In this document: one piece after another, positions 27,201 to 36,869 of the stretch
How positions within the stretch are numbered: position 1 is the first letter of the stretch
How the letters are laid out: each line of letters opens with the position of its first letter
IMG/VR virus record: IMGVR_UViG_3300030060_003910
Coordinates: 30,355 to 94,354 of that record
Reading direction: 5' to 3' (one strand)
Origin: a virus
DNA length: 64,000 nucleotides
Notes under the pieces: generated by a model
Databases searched by the model: none
What the model was told of the DNA's origin: nothing
Seen by the model: the letters and a program-made list of their open reading frames with translations, nothing else
Position numbers and translations under genes: made by a program

Positions 27201-30200
27201 CTTTGTTCTCTGTTCTAATTCAGTCAATTGTGGAAAGGCACGATTAGATGTTTTATGAATGCGAATATCTGAAAAATTAGAGCCGAAGGGACTAGTTAAT
27301 CCCCTTTCTTCTGGCGGTAAGACTCTATAAGAAGAAGAGGTTGTGTGTGCATTTGTTAGATTAGTAGTAGAAATGTTAGGTTTAAAATTATAGGAATTTG
27401 CTAAATAGTTATATTTTCCTTTATTTGGGTAGGCAGGTCTAATGGCTTTTTCTGCTCCAGTAGAACCAGTATGAACTAAAGGAAGATTTAGTGAAAAGTT
27501 TCCAATAGATAGACCTGTAATTTTGTAATATGGTTGTCCGAACCGTGAAGAATAATCACCAGCAATTGTTGTGCTATCTACATTAAGTGGAACTAATCTT
27601 ACATTTGGCCCTAGTGTTGCGTATTGAAGATGAGGGCGAGTTAAAATTTTTCCTCCCCAAAGGTGCGCTCCATTAATCAAAAGTAATTCGTTTGTAGGTT
27701 TAGCGACAGTAAAGATAATATCATTCGTATCTAAATCAACAGGAAATCTGTCCAGCATAACTAATGTGTGATTAGCATTTGAGGTGGTTGCGGTGTGTAA
27801 AACATCAAATACTAAACCAATAAAAACTTTGTCAGCAGAAGTATCTTCGTTAGGAACAAAAAATAACGGGTCGCCAATATTTAAAGAATGAGCGTTTGCT
27901 GTTGTCATTTGAAAATGCAAATTTGTAATATTTCCAAAAGCAGTAATCGTTCCAACTTCAGTAAAAGTAAATTCACTTACATCATCATAAAAATGAACTT
28001 TTCTACCTAAAGTGATAGGAATATATGGAGCCAATTCAATTTCTGTAATGTTGTCTTTCTTTGAAGTAGAAACCACTTCAAAGTCAATTAAAGTATTTAC
28101 AGTATCAAAGGTTGATTCTCCTGCGCTCCCGTGTTCGTCTTTTAATTTTGATTGAAAAGCAAAGTCATTTGAAATAGATGATGGCTTATGAATTGCATAA
28201 CCAATTGCACCAGCACTTGCATTTGCGCTTGTTGAGACTAATGAAGTATCTTCAAGACCGCTTGACATCGTAATTTTATTTCCTGCTGTAAAAATTAATC
28301 CTTTATTAGCGGCTCCTGTAAGAGAAGAGGGTTTATTTGTAGCAAGATGGGATGAACTAAGTGCTTTTGAGAGAACATAATTTTTCTCTGTGTCAATGTA
28401 AATTTTTTCTGAATTTGCTTCTGTTAATGCTGCAGTAAAGGTAAGAACTACATTAGAAGTTCCAGAAACCCCAAGAATTTCTCCTATATATCCATTAACT
28501 GTAAAAATCTTATCTCCTTCTGTTGGAAGAATATCAAAGTCAGAGTCTGCAACTCCTGTTGTTAATGAACCAGCATTCAAAGGAACAGTAAAATTAGTAG
28601 AATCAATCTGCGATAATTTATTATATGGACTATTGCTAGAATAAATAATGTCTTCACTAAACAAAGTATTTAGATTCACAATTGGAGAAAGTAATTTACT
28701 AAACTTATCTCTTCCTTGAATTTCCATAATGGTTTGTCCATTCTCCTTTTTGTTTTCAATATTTTCAACTTCACCATTGAACCTTTCAATAAAGATTTGA
28801 TATTGTCCTTTAGCAAAACTCAACGGGTTAGTATGATATGAATCGGTATCAAATGATAAAGTAATCATTTCTTTTGTTGCATCACAGGCAGTAATGGTCG
28901 CAAATCTTTCATTATGGTTTAATGATGTAAAAGAGACATACATCTTGCTAAACCTGCCGTTTAGTAGTGAAATATCAAGCATAAGTGTCCCGTCAGTTGC
29001 GTTATATGCTCGCCTGTGAAGCACATCGCCGCTTGTCGGGGTCGTGGACTGTGCGGTAAAAGAAGCGTCGTTCTCCGTTCTCGCATAGGGGTGTGTGGAC
29101 GATTGGAAGGTTATCTCTTGGGTTGTTCCAGACAGGCTTCCAAAAGATTGAACAATTAAAATGTTATCTCCTAACTTGACCTCATCTCCTGCATTTAGAA
29201 CAGTATTTAAATTATACTCAGTATTGAAAGAAAATACTGCATTAGAAGTCTTTGAACTATATGTTGCGGCTAAAGCAAAAAATTCGTTCATATCACCACG
29301 ATGAATATTATGACGCACACGATATGCGTCAAACTCTTTCACCTTTCTGGGCATAATTCTGCCGTTATCAATAATAGATGTTTCTGCAAACCCGCCCTTT
29401 CCATCAATTGATTCAGTATTTGTGTGGTCATATACATTGTAAAGTAGATTAGATTTTGTTGGTGAAAAATCATAATGCAAATATCTTTTTGGGCCAGTAT
29501 ATGCAGGAGAGTTCTTCTCATCATCATCCATTCTTTTAGCATTCGGAAACATTTCATTATAATCACTATTATCAGCAGTAAGAGTTCCGCCTTCATTAAT
29601 AGTAATTGAATCACCCTCAGTAATAGTATTATCTAAATCTCTTAATTTATCTGTTAATGTGACTCTATGAGTAAATCTACTATAATCAATAACTACCTTG
29701 CCAAAGTCTTGAACAGTTCTAAATGTAATAGCATTTGTTGTATCAAAGGTATGAGAAGTGGTTGATATGCTGGCGTGTTTTTGCATAGCATAATATTTGG
29801 TATCGTGGTCTAATTCATTGTTTTTATCAAGCAATTCATTAAAGAAATAAAATAAAGGTCTAGCACAGGAAAGTTTATCTTCTAATGTAAGGCTTGAAGT
29901 GTTGTTTAAAATACCAGCAGAGAAAGCAAGAATGTTATTATTTGTTTTTACATGGCCCTTAAAAATCATAAACTTCGTATCTTTAGGAATCTCATTTCCT
30001 AATTTTGGTTCAAACTCAAAAGCATCTCCCGCCGAATCTTCTGTTAAAATTTCTGTAATTCTAGCAAAATGATGACGAGTATCTGTGTCTGAATATACTA
30101 AAACAAAGTAATAGTGAGTAGCAAAGGCGGCGGGATTAAATTGTATTCCATCTGTGGTGAGAGCATCATAACACTTAATCCTAAACCCTTTCGTTGTATT

Positions 30201-30407
30201 TAGATTAGAATATTGAGTAGTCCCTGTAAAGACTTCTGTTGTAAAGGTATTTGCTCCATCAGCCGCAATAGCCGTAAATATTCTTTCGTCATTATTTATA
30301 GATGTATCTGTGAATAAAGGATTTGTTGGTGCTTCTGCTAAAGAAATAGCCGCAGAAGAAGAAGGAGTTGGGGGTTCAACTGGAATATTGCCTAAAGTGA
30401 AGGTCAT
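24222..30407 (-). CDS. large tail tip/baseplate hub protein (2061 aa)
   Basis: Size and position after the tape measure; FNGEVE..IQGRD and LRVGDIVNV hub-like segments. Confidence 0.65.
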   Translation of the reverse strand: MTFTLGNIPVEPPTPSSSAAISLAEAPTNPLFTDTSINNDERIFTAIAADGANTFTTEVFTGTTQYSNLNTTKGFRIKCYDALTTDGIQFNPAAFATHYYFVLVYSDTDTRHHFARITEILTEDSAGDAFEFEPKLGNEIPKDTKFMIFKGHVKTNNNILAFSAGILNNTSSLTLEDKLSCARPLFYFFNELLDKNNELDHDTKYYAMQKHASISTTSHTFDTTNAITFRTVQDFGKVVIDYSRFTHRVTLTDKLRDLDNTITEGDSITINEGGTLTADNSDYNEMFPNAKRMDDDEKNSPAYTGPKRYLHYDFSPTKSNLLYNVYDHTNTESIDGKGGFAETSIIDNGRIMPRKVKEFDAYRVRHNIHRGDMNEFFALAATYSSKTSNAVFSFNTEYNLNTVLNAGDEVKLGDNILIVQSFGSLSGTTQEITFQSSTHPYARTENDASFTAQSTTPTSGDVLHRRAYNATDGTLMLDISLLNGRFSKMYVSFTSLNHNERFATITACDATKEMITLSFDTDSYHTNPLSFAKGQYQIFIERFNGEVENIENKKENGQTIMEIQGRDKFSKLLSPIVNLNTLFSEDIIYSSNSPYNKLSQIDSTNFTVPLNAGSLTTGVADSDFDILPTEGDKIFTVNGYIGEILGVSGTSNVVLTFTAALTEANSEKIYIDTEKNYVLSKALSSSHLATNKPSSLTGAANKGLIFTAGNKITMSSGLEDTSLVSTSANASAGAIGYAIHKPSSISNDFAFQSKLKDEHGSAGESTFDTVNTLIDFEVVSTSKKDNITEIELAPYIPITLGRKVHFYDDVSEFTFTEVGTITAFGNITNLHFQMTTANAHSLNIGDPLFFVPNEDTSADKVFIGLVFDVLHTATTSNANHTLVMLDRFPVDLDTNDIIFTVAKPTNELLLINGAHLWGGKILTRPHLQYATLGPNVRLVPLNVDSTTIAGDYSSRFGQPYYKITGLSIGNFSLNLPLVHTGSTGAEKAIRPAYPNKGKYNYLANSYNFKPNISTTNLTNAHTTSSSYRVLPPEERGLTSPFGSNFSDIRIHKTSNRAFPQLTELEQRTKASFVYPDESAARLFIYINSDILPYTSLRQDSLLSESSGSIAKEINNYNLFLLENKNQKDSATNGGNRIQLKDINHQTVSFSSSEDISQLNRFGIMRLTEVCVDFFFNPINPEKPIIKYRDNSYGLSVKNGEKTLVGTIDNITGDKITFTGSVSLSTNDFLFDSKGRTIGTISSGTPVSGNTYDLVSDGFLTNDGSADTTTNGCFKISFDTITMKGRNKKDSFARLDNNDVHPLKCCIIPNGSNYGDDSGDDAHTANSGALSFESFGTGDRLSEIIGPLAFDTNLGTADRDVGNFAVIQQMTQHSAGNFIPARAHNSLIGVVLDRFSIEDGGKYKAEEGSTTQVLMGNRKVVVGSDNHAVIGSLYHFKGFDNVSDSSASYGGSRPYEADGAFMCFKPRLWIDADSVDGDGDDMSNFSVSDILTSAGTLKKNVIKTTRPDDSQTTFYNTFLKFMDLTGCYLVPEDGVNAEGTAFTKGGKEKRAGMEGAIPQHTSSNTLIYVISHEVSNSDSEEHHLICDAALVDETAYRILQPNETCLYDFMPEEIKFNILSSTYTKKSNKNEVYEEIKDGYFYKEGKVLGTNNEFSDEGVLSMFVMVDTDKQSTDANLVLHSTSNFFESNLPDGEYSMNFSDGINSEKVTFTAKANLKYDSINLGKQLNRQGIVSVSETFTVSSNEELKIDPTRACIGSTVSVGLEGEDLINELLEQEGIEFETTSTNAPMYLAPNYQGLDLYSAIQYILDRKGMKLVEENNVFKIFPESENSLKTNITIDDSGEFLISEFDKVSTLFDFFNEINVYGNAHKAIRKDLRSIQKRGRKTLEVVDNTLLTQEEVDKRATKLLLIHSRLNQKLSFTMQNKGINQLRVGDIVNVFIPRENIEMNEFIVLEMEHQLTGFIKLQLGRYSKDLSDVFSELLISSKETKAALRSANLQSNEISYNFLNTLNTKELKLLVRKRSAGGAGRTLGFGTALGFTTALGFTGGAITITDLVEEDLA

Positions 30408-31567
30408 TCATCCACCTCCTCAAATCGTAAATATAAAACAGTATTATTTAAATTAGGCATTAGGTTATTAACTGCACTAAATTCAGTTTTTCTAATATTC
30501 ATGATACTTAACTCATGCAATTCTCCCATGAATTGATTATTTGTTGTAGCAGAATTAGCCCCCGTTGCACCTCCACCATTCGCCCCGATAAAAAAATCTT
30601 CTGCTTCCATTGTAAAGGAATCCGTTTGAGTATGCGTTCCTGTTTTAACCAGTCTTCCGTTTAAAAAGACTAGGACTTCTTTATTTTGATTATCCCATGA
30701 ACAAGCAACATGATAAGTATTATTTATGTAAGAAGGCTCAAAGAAATCGTCATGTATAAATATTTCACTACCCGAAGAAACAGAAACCGAAGGGTCTAAT
30801 TTCAAAGTAAGTGCGCTTGATGAAGCAGAATCTACTATACCAAAAGAAGTAAATGTAAAACCATCCCTAATGAATACTTCCTTGCCATCAAAAACATATT
30901 GATTGGCATTAGATAAATTAGCAGCCTTGCTTGAAAAAGCACTTGTAGTAGAACCGATTGATTTATATTTTACTTTTCCATCTTCTTCAAAACCCTTTTC
31001 TACAAAAGAATCATATTGGCTTCCAAGATTCGGGATAATCACGGCATCACTTGTAAAGTATTCCATTGATGCAGTTCCTAATTTGATTCCTACTTTGATT
31101 TTATATCTTGCTGGATTATTCTCATTGTGTAAAGTATCGTTCACTAAACTCACTTGAAAATTAGTGCTGTGAAAAATTCTCATTTCATGTGTAATTCTGC
31201 TGGCTCTTGGTAAATACAATTCACTTTCAAAATTATTTTGCTCAGTAGCAGTAAAGATTGCCTGTTCTAAACCTGGCATAATTTTTTTATTATGTGCATT
31301 AAAAGAAAAACCACTACCGATAGTAGTTTGAGTAATATTTGATGGTTTGGTTATGCTACCCGTGGTTCGGTGGATGCCATAGCCATTTATTTCATACGGT
31401 GTCAAAACACACTCAAAGGTAAAATTATCTTCTAAATCCCAAAGACCATAGGGAATACCCGTTCCTGTTGAAACGATATTGTCTGTATAATCTAAAGTCA
31501 AAAAACCATTACACATAATCGGAAAAACAAGCGAGCGTTGTTTTCCTGTAAAAATAGCATATGACAT
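30404..31567 (-). CDS. tail protein with LamG/ConA-like lectin domain
   Basis: FTFECV, YHVACSWD, VFLNG, FFIGA, FMGELHELSI, LYLRFEE. Confidence 0.75.
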   Translation of the reverse strand: MSYAIFTGKQRSLVFPIMCNGFLTLDYTDNIVSTGTGIPYGLWDLEDNFTFECVLTPYEINGYGIHRTTGSITKPSNITQTTIGSGFSFNAHNKKIMPGLEQAIFTATEQNNFESELYLPRASRITHEMRIFHSTNFQVSLVNDTLHNENNPARYKIKVGIKLGTASMEYFTSDAVIIPNLGSQYDSFVEKGFEEDGKVKYKSIGSTTSAFSSKAANLSNANQYVFDGKEVFIRDGFTFTSFGIVDSASSSALTLKLDPSVSVSSGSEIFIHDDFFEPSYINNTYHVACSWDNQNKEVLVFLNGRLVKTGTHTQTDSFTMEAEDFFIGANGGGATGANSATTNNQFMGELHELSIMNIRKTEFSAVNNLMPNLNNTVLYLRFEEVDE

Positions 31568-31576
31568 AATAAAACC

Positions 31577-32191
31577 TCAAGGAAGAACATTTGCTACGAC
31601 AAATTCTAAATTAAATGAAATATCAATGCTTTCTCCAGTCATTTCGTATGAAAAACTTTGAATAAATCCACTTAACCCCTTTGATGTAGATGATGTAGGA
31701 AATGTTCCTGCTCTGACCACATTTGTATTATCCTTTTCTAAAGAATTTCCTCTTGATTTAAAGGTTAAAGGAATTTGAACAGTAGTTCCTCTATCTGCAT
31801 AATTTTCATCAACCTTTGAATCCATAAGAACAACTAATTCATTGATTGCTTGATAAGAAGCCAGACCTGTTGAATCAACACCAGATGCAATCATTTGAGC
31901 CACTTCTTGCGCTGTAAAGGTTAGGTTAGTAGCACTTCCACCCGATTTAGTGTGGCTTCTGCGTATTTCCGTATCAACGATAAAACCACTTAATGAAATT
32001 CTCTTATTAGACATCCCTAAATCTAAAGCAACCGTGGTAGATTCTCCTGTGGCTAAACCGCTTAAAGGAATGGGAATAGCAGGAATTGTTTTATCAACTG
32101 ATACGCTCACACTATTTACTTTTAATGGTATAGTATCAATAGATGAACTACTACCACTATGTTCTTGTAATTTAAGATAAACAAAACTCAT
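31577..32191 (-). CDS. distal tail/tube-initiator-like protein
   Basis: Immediately after the tape measure; LGMSNKRISLSG, FIQSFSY..FNLEFV. Confidence 0.5.
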   Translation of the reverse strand: MSFVYLKLQEHSGSSSSIDTIPLKVNSVSVSVDKTIPAIPIPLSGLATGESTTVALDLGMSNKRISLSGFIVDTEIRRSHTKSGGSATNLTFTAQEVAQMIASGVDSTGLASYQAINELVVLMDSKVDENYADRGTTVQIPLTFKSRGNSLEKDNTNVVRAGTFPTSSTSKGLSGFIQSFSYEMTGESIDISFNLEFVVANVLP

Positions 32192-32196
32192 TTAAA

Positions 32197-33768
32197 TCAC
32201 CTAAATGTGCTTGAAGAGGTGCTTCTGTTAATTTTTGAATTAATCATTCGTCCAATTTCATCGGCCATTCTTCTCATTTCTGCCTTTGAAGTGTCTTTAG
32301 CATTAATAGTAATATTGAAATTATTTACTGTTCCACCTGCCATTTTTCTTGAATTAGTATTTGAATGAACTCTTGAACCTCTTGGTAATGAAACTAATTC
32401 TGGCCCTTTCTCTCCAACAACGGCAAGACCACCCGCCGAAACACCGCCGTTAGCAAAGAAAGGAATTTTATTTAATAACTTTTTAATACCTAATTTAACC
32501 AAAAGCGATGCTACTGCTCCGACAACAATTGCACCAATAATAACAGGAAGACCGAAGATAAAAGCAGATACAACGGTTGCTATCACTAAAATCCTAATAA
32601 TTTTCTCTTTTAAGGTAGTTGTTCCTGAAAGAATATTGAAAACATATCTAAGTCCTTGTTCAAGGGCTTTTCCTGCAATACCAACTAGAAAAGCGATAAC
32701 GGTAGATATTAGTCCCGTAAAGATACCAAATGAAATTTGAAGTAGGCCCCAAATAATTTCCCACATTCCGCCAAACATTTTAATAAAATCGCCTTGCATG
32801 AGTCCTTCATAGATTTCACTTATACCCTGCCAAACATCAGAGAAGCCCTCAATAATCATAGGTAAAAATGATGAAACTACCTTTGATGCAAATTCAAAGC
32901 CTTTCATAATAGGGCCTTTAAACATCCACAATAAACCAAAGAAAAGAGTAATGTAAATAGTTCCCATCACAACAAATTTAAACAATGCCTTGCCTAATCC
33001 TTTAGCAAATAATTTGAAAGACTGTCCTGCAAGTTTCCATTTAGGATTCTTAAAGAAAGCCACAACTCCTTCTCTTATATTTTTCATGGCTTGTTTTCTT
33101 TGAAGCATACCCTGTTTCATCATTCCTTTGAATCCTCGCTTTTTGCCTTTAAATTGGCCTTCCATTTCAAATCCTGTCGGGAACATTAACGGAGCCTTAT
33201 CAATTACTTCTCCATAGCGCAAATCCTGAATACTCTTAAAAGAAGGAAGGGCTTTTCCTATTTTTCCAATATTTCCTAAAAATGAACCTTCTTTTCCTTC
33301 TTTCATTTTTCTAGTTATGCTACCTAGAGTTCTAAAAGCAGTTGAAAGTTTATTTACCGCCCTAAACATTCCAGGCGGTAAAAACCCATACATAATTTTT
33401 CTAGCGTTTGCTGCTTCTAAACCAAAGATTTTTACTTGCTCATTAGTGCTAGATAAGGCTAAATCAAAGAATTCAAAGATGTTAGCACCTTTATTTGCTT
33501 CTAGAAATGCTTTTCTTGATGCTTTGTTTGTTAATTCAAATGCCTTTCCTTGACGATTTAAAAGTTTAATTGAATCAGTAAGTGCTTTGCTTCTTCTTTC
33601 AAAACTAACATCTAATTCCTTTTCAACTTTATTTAGTCTTTCATTTTCTCTTCTCTGCATATTAGCAGCAGTAGAGGCAATTTTTTGTTGCCTTGTCATT
33701 TCCGATAATGAAGCATTTAATTGATTAAATGTTTTTTTCAGGTCATCAAGTTGTTTCCTGTTCAACAT
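32197..33768 (-). CDS. tape measure protein
   Basis: Helical and hydrophobic repeats; C-terminal FANGG...VGEKGPELV motif; follows the tail chaperones. Confidence 0.85.
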   Translation of the reverse strand: MLNRKQLDDLKKTFNQLNASLSEMTRQQKIASTAANMQRRENERLNKVEKELDVSFERRSKALTDSIKLLNRQGKAFELTNKASRKAFLEANKGANIFEFFDLALSSTNEQVKIFGLEAANARKIMYGFLPPGMFRAVNKLSTAFRTLGSITRKMKEGKEGSFLGNIGKIGKALPSFKSIQDLRYGEVIDKAPLMFPTGFEMEGQFKGKKRGFKGMMKQGMLQRKQAMKNIREGVVAFFKNPKWKLAGQSFKLFAKGLGKALFKFVVMGTIYITLFFGLLWMFKGPIMKGFEFASKVVSSFLPMIIEGFSDVWQGISEIYEGLMQGDFIKMFGGMWEIIWGLLQISFGIFTGLISTVIAFLVGIAGKALEQGLRYVFNILSGTTTLKEKIIRILVIATVVSAFIFGLPVIIGAIVVGAVASLLVKLGIKKLLNKIPFFANGGVSAGGLAVVGEKGPELVSLPRGSRVHSNTNSRKMAGGTVNNFNITINAKDTSKAEMRRMADEIGRMINSKINRSTSSSTFR

Positions 33769-33775
33769 TATATCA

Positions 33776-33990
33776 TCACCGTTTAATTTGTTTTTCTGCT
33801 TTATCTAATTCTTCTTTTTCAATTTCTAAAACTACTCTATGAACTGATAATAAATCCATAACCATAGAATGCGGCATTTTGTATATTTCTAGGGGGCTTA
33901 TTGATAACGCTTTCGCTAAAGTATAAACGATTACCAAGGAAATATCAGAAGGAGAAGCCTGTCCTCCCTTCAATACCCCCTTTAGTCTTC
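33776..33990 (-). CDS. tail assembly chaperone, -1 frameshift extension (gpGT-like)
   Basis: The -1 frame is open from the slippery site: RRLKGVLKGGQASP...LAKALSISPLEIYKMP. Confidence 0.75.
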
Positions 33991-34350
33991 GTTTTTTTCT
34001 TCATCCTCCTCTAAAGCCGAAAACGGGTTTGGGAGAATTTCTTTTAATTGATTGCCGATATACGGCGTGAGTCGTAAAATATCAATCGCAGAAAGACTTG
34101 GTTCTGTCTTTACTACGAAATTTTCAACCATGAATCTAAACATCGCGTTTAGGTCTAACTCCATGTCTTGACGCTTTGCATCAATTTTCATCATGGCGTT
34201 CATGGCCTTATCAACCTCAAGCCATGTGGGTTCTTTTACCCAGACTTTGAGGTATTCTTCTTTCTCAGGTGCTACACGAATATAGTGTAGTTTTGGCTCG
34301 GTTAGTGCAAATAGCACACTTTTATCTGATACAATTTTTTTGTTCAACAT
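33982..34350 (-). CDS. tail assembly chaperone (gpG-like)
   Basis: Lies between tail tube and tape measure; ends in A AAA AAC. Confidence 0.75.
   Translation of the reverse strand: MLNKKIVSDKSVLFALTEPKLHYIRVAPEKEEYLKVWVKEPTWLEVDKAMNAMMKIDAKRQDMELDLNAMFRFMVENFVVKTEPSLSAIDILRLTPYIGNQLKEILPNPFSALEEDEEKNED
33991..33997 (-). other. programmed -1 ribosomal frameshift slippery site A AAA AAC
   Basis: Minus strand reads GAA GAA AAA AAC GAA GAC TAA; in-frame X XXY YYZ heptamer. Confidence 0.8.
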
Positions 34351-34398
34351 ATTATCCACCTTTATACCAACAAACAAACAAACGGTGTTGGTGGAATA

Positions 34399-34503
34399 TC
34401 ATTCTGCTAACTTAGACTTTTTGGGTGTTTCCTCTTTTTTCTTTTTCTTGTTAGTTTTACTTGCTTCAACGATTCTCAAATTCTTTTCGTATCTTGAAAC
34501 CAT
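34399..34503 (-). CDS. small basic protein (34 aa)
   Basis: MVSRYEKNLRIVEASKTNKKKKKEETPKKSKLAE*; GGGTGA SD. Confidence 0.45.
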   Translation of the reverse strand: MVSRYEKNLRIVEASKTNKKKKKEETPKKSKLAE

Positions 34504-34508
34504 GTAAA

Positions 34509-36131
34509 TCACCCCTGCAAAACCCAATGAGTCTTAACGGTGCAAAGACTTAAATTTCTTGGCATAACTGTTGCTTCAACAACAATTGGGCCTTTATCAT
34601 CAGCGATTGGGAAGTTATTTGAACTGATAAAATAGTCAGTAAATTTCAAAGTAATAGTTTCTCCACTTGGCTTTGTAAATAATAACTCAATTGTTTGAGT
34701 TGTATCTTCTGTATCATTTCTAAGAGCCTTATATAAAGCATTATCAGTCACATGGCCTGTAAATGAAATCTCATAAGTTCTTTGTGCAGGAATAGATTCT
34801 TGAACTTCTTTAGAAGAAACTCCTAAAAATCTTCTATCTTGTAGGTTGTTGTTCATTGTCAAAGTCAAGGTGTTAATCTTCAGGAAAGTTTCACCTAATA
34901 CCTTAAATGTTCCATCGGAGAAGAAGAAAGGCTCTCTAAATTCTTGAGGGTATGATATGGGAGAATTTGCATCAAAGTTGAAAAACTCCTTTTCGTCAGC
35001 CTGTCCTCTTCTAGCATCATAAAGAATATCTTCATCTAACTGATGAACATTTCTAGTATTTAGAGAAAGGCTCATTTTAACTTCTTCATTTTCGTTGGCT
35101 GACATAGTGAGAGTATTTACTCTTAATCCTCTAGCGATTTGAACAAAATTTAAGTCCTCATCAACGGAACTGGAAGAATTTGTTCTGTAAATGTTTGTTC
35201 CTGTTAATTTAGAATGATTGTATTCCATAGCAAAAGAAGGCAGTAGGTCGCTATTTTGCTCTTCAAATGTATAGGTAATTGGGTTGTTGATGCTTCCCGA
35301 AACAATATTAGGTCTTGTTAGCCTAAAAATATCGTCTAAAACTAAAACCTTTTGTTCATCAATTGGAGGACAAACATCGTTTCCTACATTTCTATAAAAG
35401 ATTGGGCCAGTTTCAACGAACCCATTAATTGTTTTTCCAGCACCAGCCGTTTGTCTTGTCCCTGATTCATCTACTGCTTCAATGAGAACTTGGTTGGTAT
35501 CATCGGAAGTGAATCTATCCGATGGACTGTTAATATCAACAATTGTGCATTCTAAGGTCGTGCATTTTCCTAAGAAATAATACAACCATGAGCCGTGATT
35601 AGCAACAATACTTAAATCAGCATTTCCAAAATTAGTAATACTTTTATACTGATATGTATAATTTCGTGAACCACCAAGACTCAAATTAACTTGCTTCAAT
35701 TCAGGTTCAACTGTTGGAAAGGTAGCACTTTCAAGAATACCTAACCATTGGTCAGAAAGTAGCCTTTTTGCTGTTCCATCAAAGGGCGCAGGAACAGGTG
35801 CGCCATAAGAATTAATTACAAAATAATCAGAATTATTATTTGGAGTGACTGTATCAGCAATAGTGATGCTATCTTCATCATTACTTTTAATCTTGTGAGA
35901 GGATAATAAACTGTGGTCGGACTTATATCTTTCCAAGGTGCAACCAACATACAAATTCTTTACTAATTTAAAATTACCAGCGAAACCAGCCGATACCTGA
36001 ATTACGCTTGTTTCGGTTGAACCATTAAATGTTCCGCCACCGTCAGCGAGTCCAACACCCAAATACAAATCGCATTCAGGTATAAAAGTTAAACTGGTTC
36101 CTGCTCCTAAAAAAATATCTTCGTTTGCCAT
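34509..36131 (-). CDS. major tail (tube) protein
   Basis: LPSFAME, VNTLTMS, LTLTMNNNL, QRTYEISFTG; position before the chaperones. Confidence 0.75.
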   Translation of the reverse strand: MANEDIFLGAGTSLTFIPECDLYLGVGLADGGGTFNGSTETSVIQVSAGFAGNFKLVKNLYVGCTLERYKSDHSLLSSHKIKSNDEDSITIADTVTPNNNSDYFVINSYGAPVPAPFDGTAKRLLSDQWLGILESATFPTVEPELKQVNLSLGGSRNYTYQYKSITNFGNADLSIVANHGSWLYYFLGKCTTLECTIVDINSPSDRFTSDDTNQVLIEAVDESGTRQTAGAGKTINGFVETGPIFYRNVGNDVCPPIDEQKVLVLDDIFRLTRPNIVSGSINNPITYTFEEQNSDLLPSFAMEYNHSKLTGTNIYRTNSSSSVDEDLNFVQIARGLRVNTLTMSANENEEVKMSLSLNTRNVHQLDEDILYDARRGQADEKEFFNFDANSPISYPQEFREPFFFSDGTFKVLGETFLKINTLTLTMNNNLQDRRFLGVSSKEVQESIPAQRTYEISFTGHVTDNALYKALRNDTEDTTQTIELLFTKPSGETITLKFTDYFISSNNFPIADDKGPIVVEATVMPRNLSLCTVKTHWVLQG

Positions 36132-36160
36132 GCTATTCTCCCCCTTTTCCAACTAACTTA

Positions 36161-36673
36161 CTAGGGAATAGATAATGCGAATCTTTTTGCTTCTAAATTG
36201 ACTTTATATCCGAATAAACGCTTGGCTCTATCATTTGATTCGCTTCTTGAGCCAACAAATAACTGATTGAACTTTGAGCCATCACTTGCAGTATAACCCT
36301 TGCGCTTACCCTCAAGAACCCTACGAAGAACCAAGTATATAGCCCTTAGCCTGTCTTTTCCGTATGAGGCATCAGCACCCCCTCGCTCGTCATGCAGAAC
36401 CCGAATATGAAGGGTAAAAGAATAAGTTTCATTTCTCACATCATAATGAATTGTTGGGTATGTAATTGACTGTGAATCCTCAAAAACAACAATTGTTGCA
36501 GGGGTTCTGCTCAAATCAACACGAACACCTTTATTAGCAGATAATGTTCTAATATCAATAAAATCTGGAATAACGGCGTGGTCTGAACTGATTTCTCCTG
36601 CACTTACAAGAGCAGTAGCATTAGACGACCAATTGTTTGATAGCAAATCTATGAGAAGAGAGACTTCATCCAA
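36161..36673 (-). CDS. tail terminator/completion-like protein
   Basis: Position upstream of the tail tube, size and alpha/beta pattern. Confidence 0.5.
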   Translation of the reverse strand: MDEVSLLIDLLSNNWSSNATALVSAGEISSDHAVIPDFIDIRTLSANKGVRVDLSRTPATIVVFEDSQSITYPTIHYDVRNETYSFTLHIRVLHDERGGADASYGKDRLRAIYLVLRRVLEGKRKGYTASDGSKFNQLFVGSRSESNDRAKRLFGYKVNLEAKRFALSIP

Positions 36674-36864
36674 TTTTCCACCTCCGTATTAATTTGTTTT
36701 TCAATTGATTTTTGATATTCTTCTAAAGCAAACTTCATTACTTCATCATCACTAAAACCAATATCAATTCCCAATGTTTCCGAAACGGCTTGCATGGCTA
36801 ATTGTCTTTCCTTTTGAATCTCAAGTAGTTGATTAAACTTGGAAAGGTCAATTTCAATCGCCAT
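36649..36864 (-). CDS. hypothetical neck-region protein
   Basis: ORF track, tight packing. Confidence 0.5.
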   Translation of the reverse strand: MAIEIDLSKFNQLLEIQKERQLAMQAVSETLGIDIGFSDDEVMKFALEEYQKSIEKQINTEVENWMKSLFS

Positions 36865-36869
36865 GAAAA

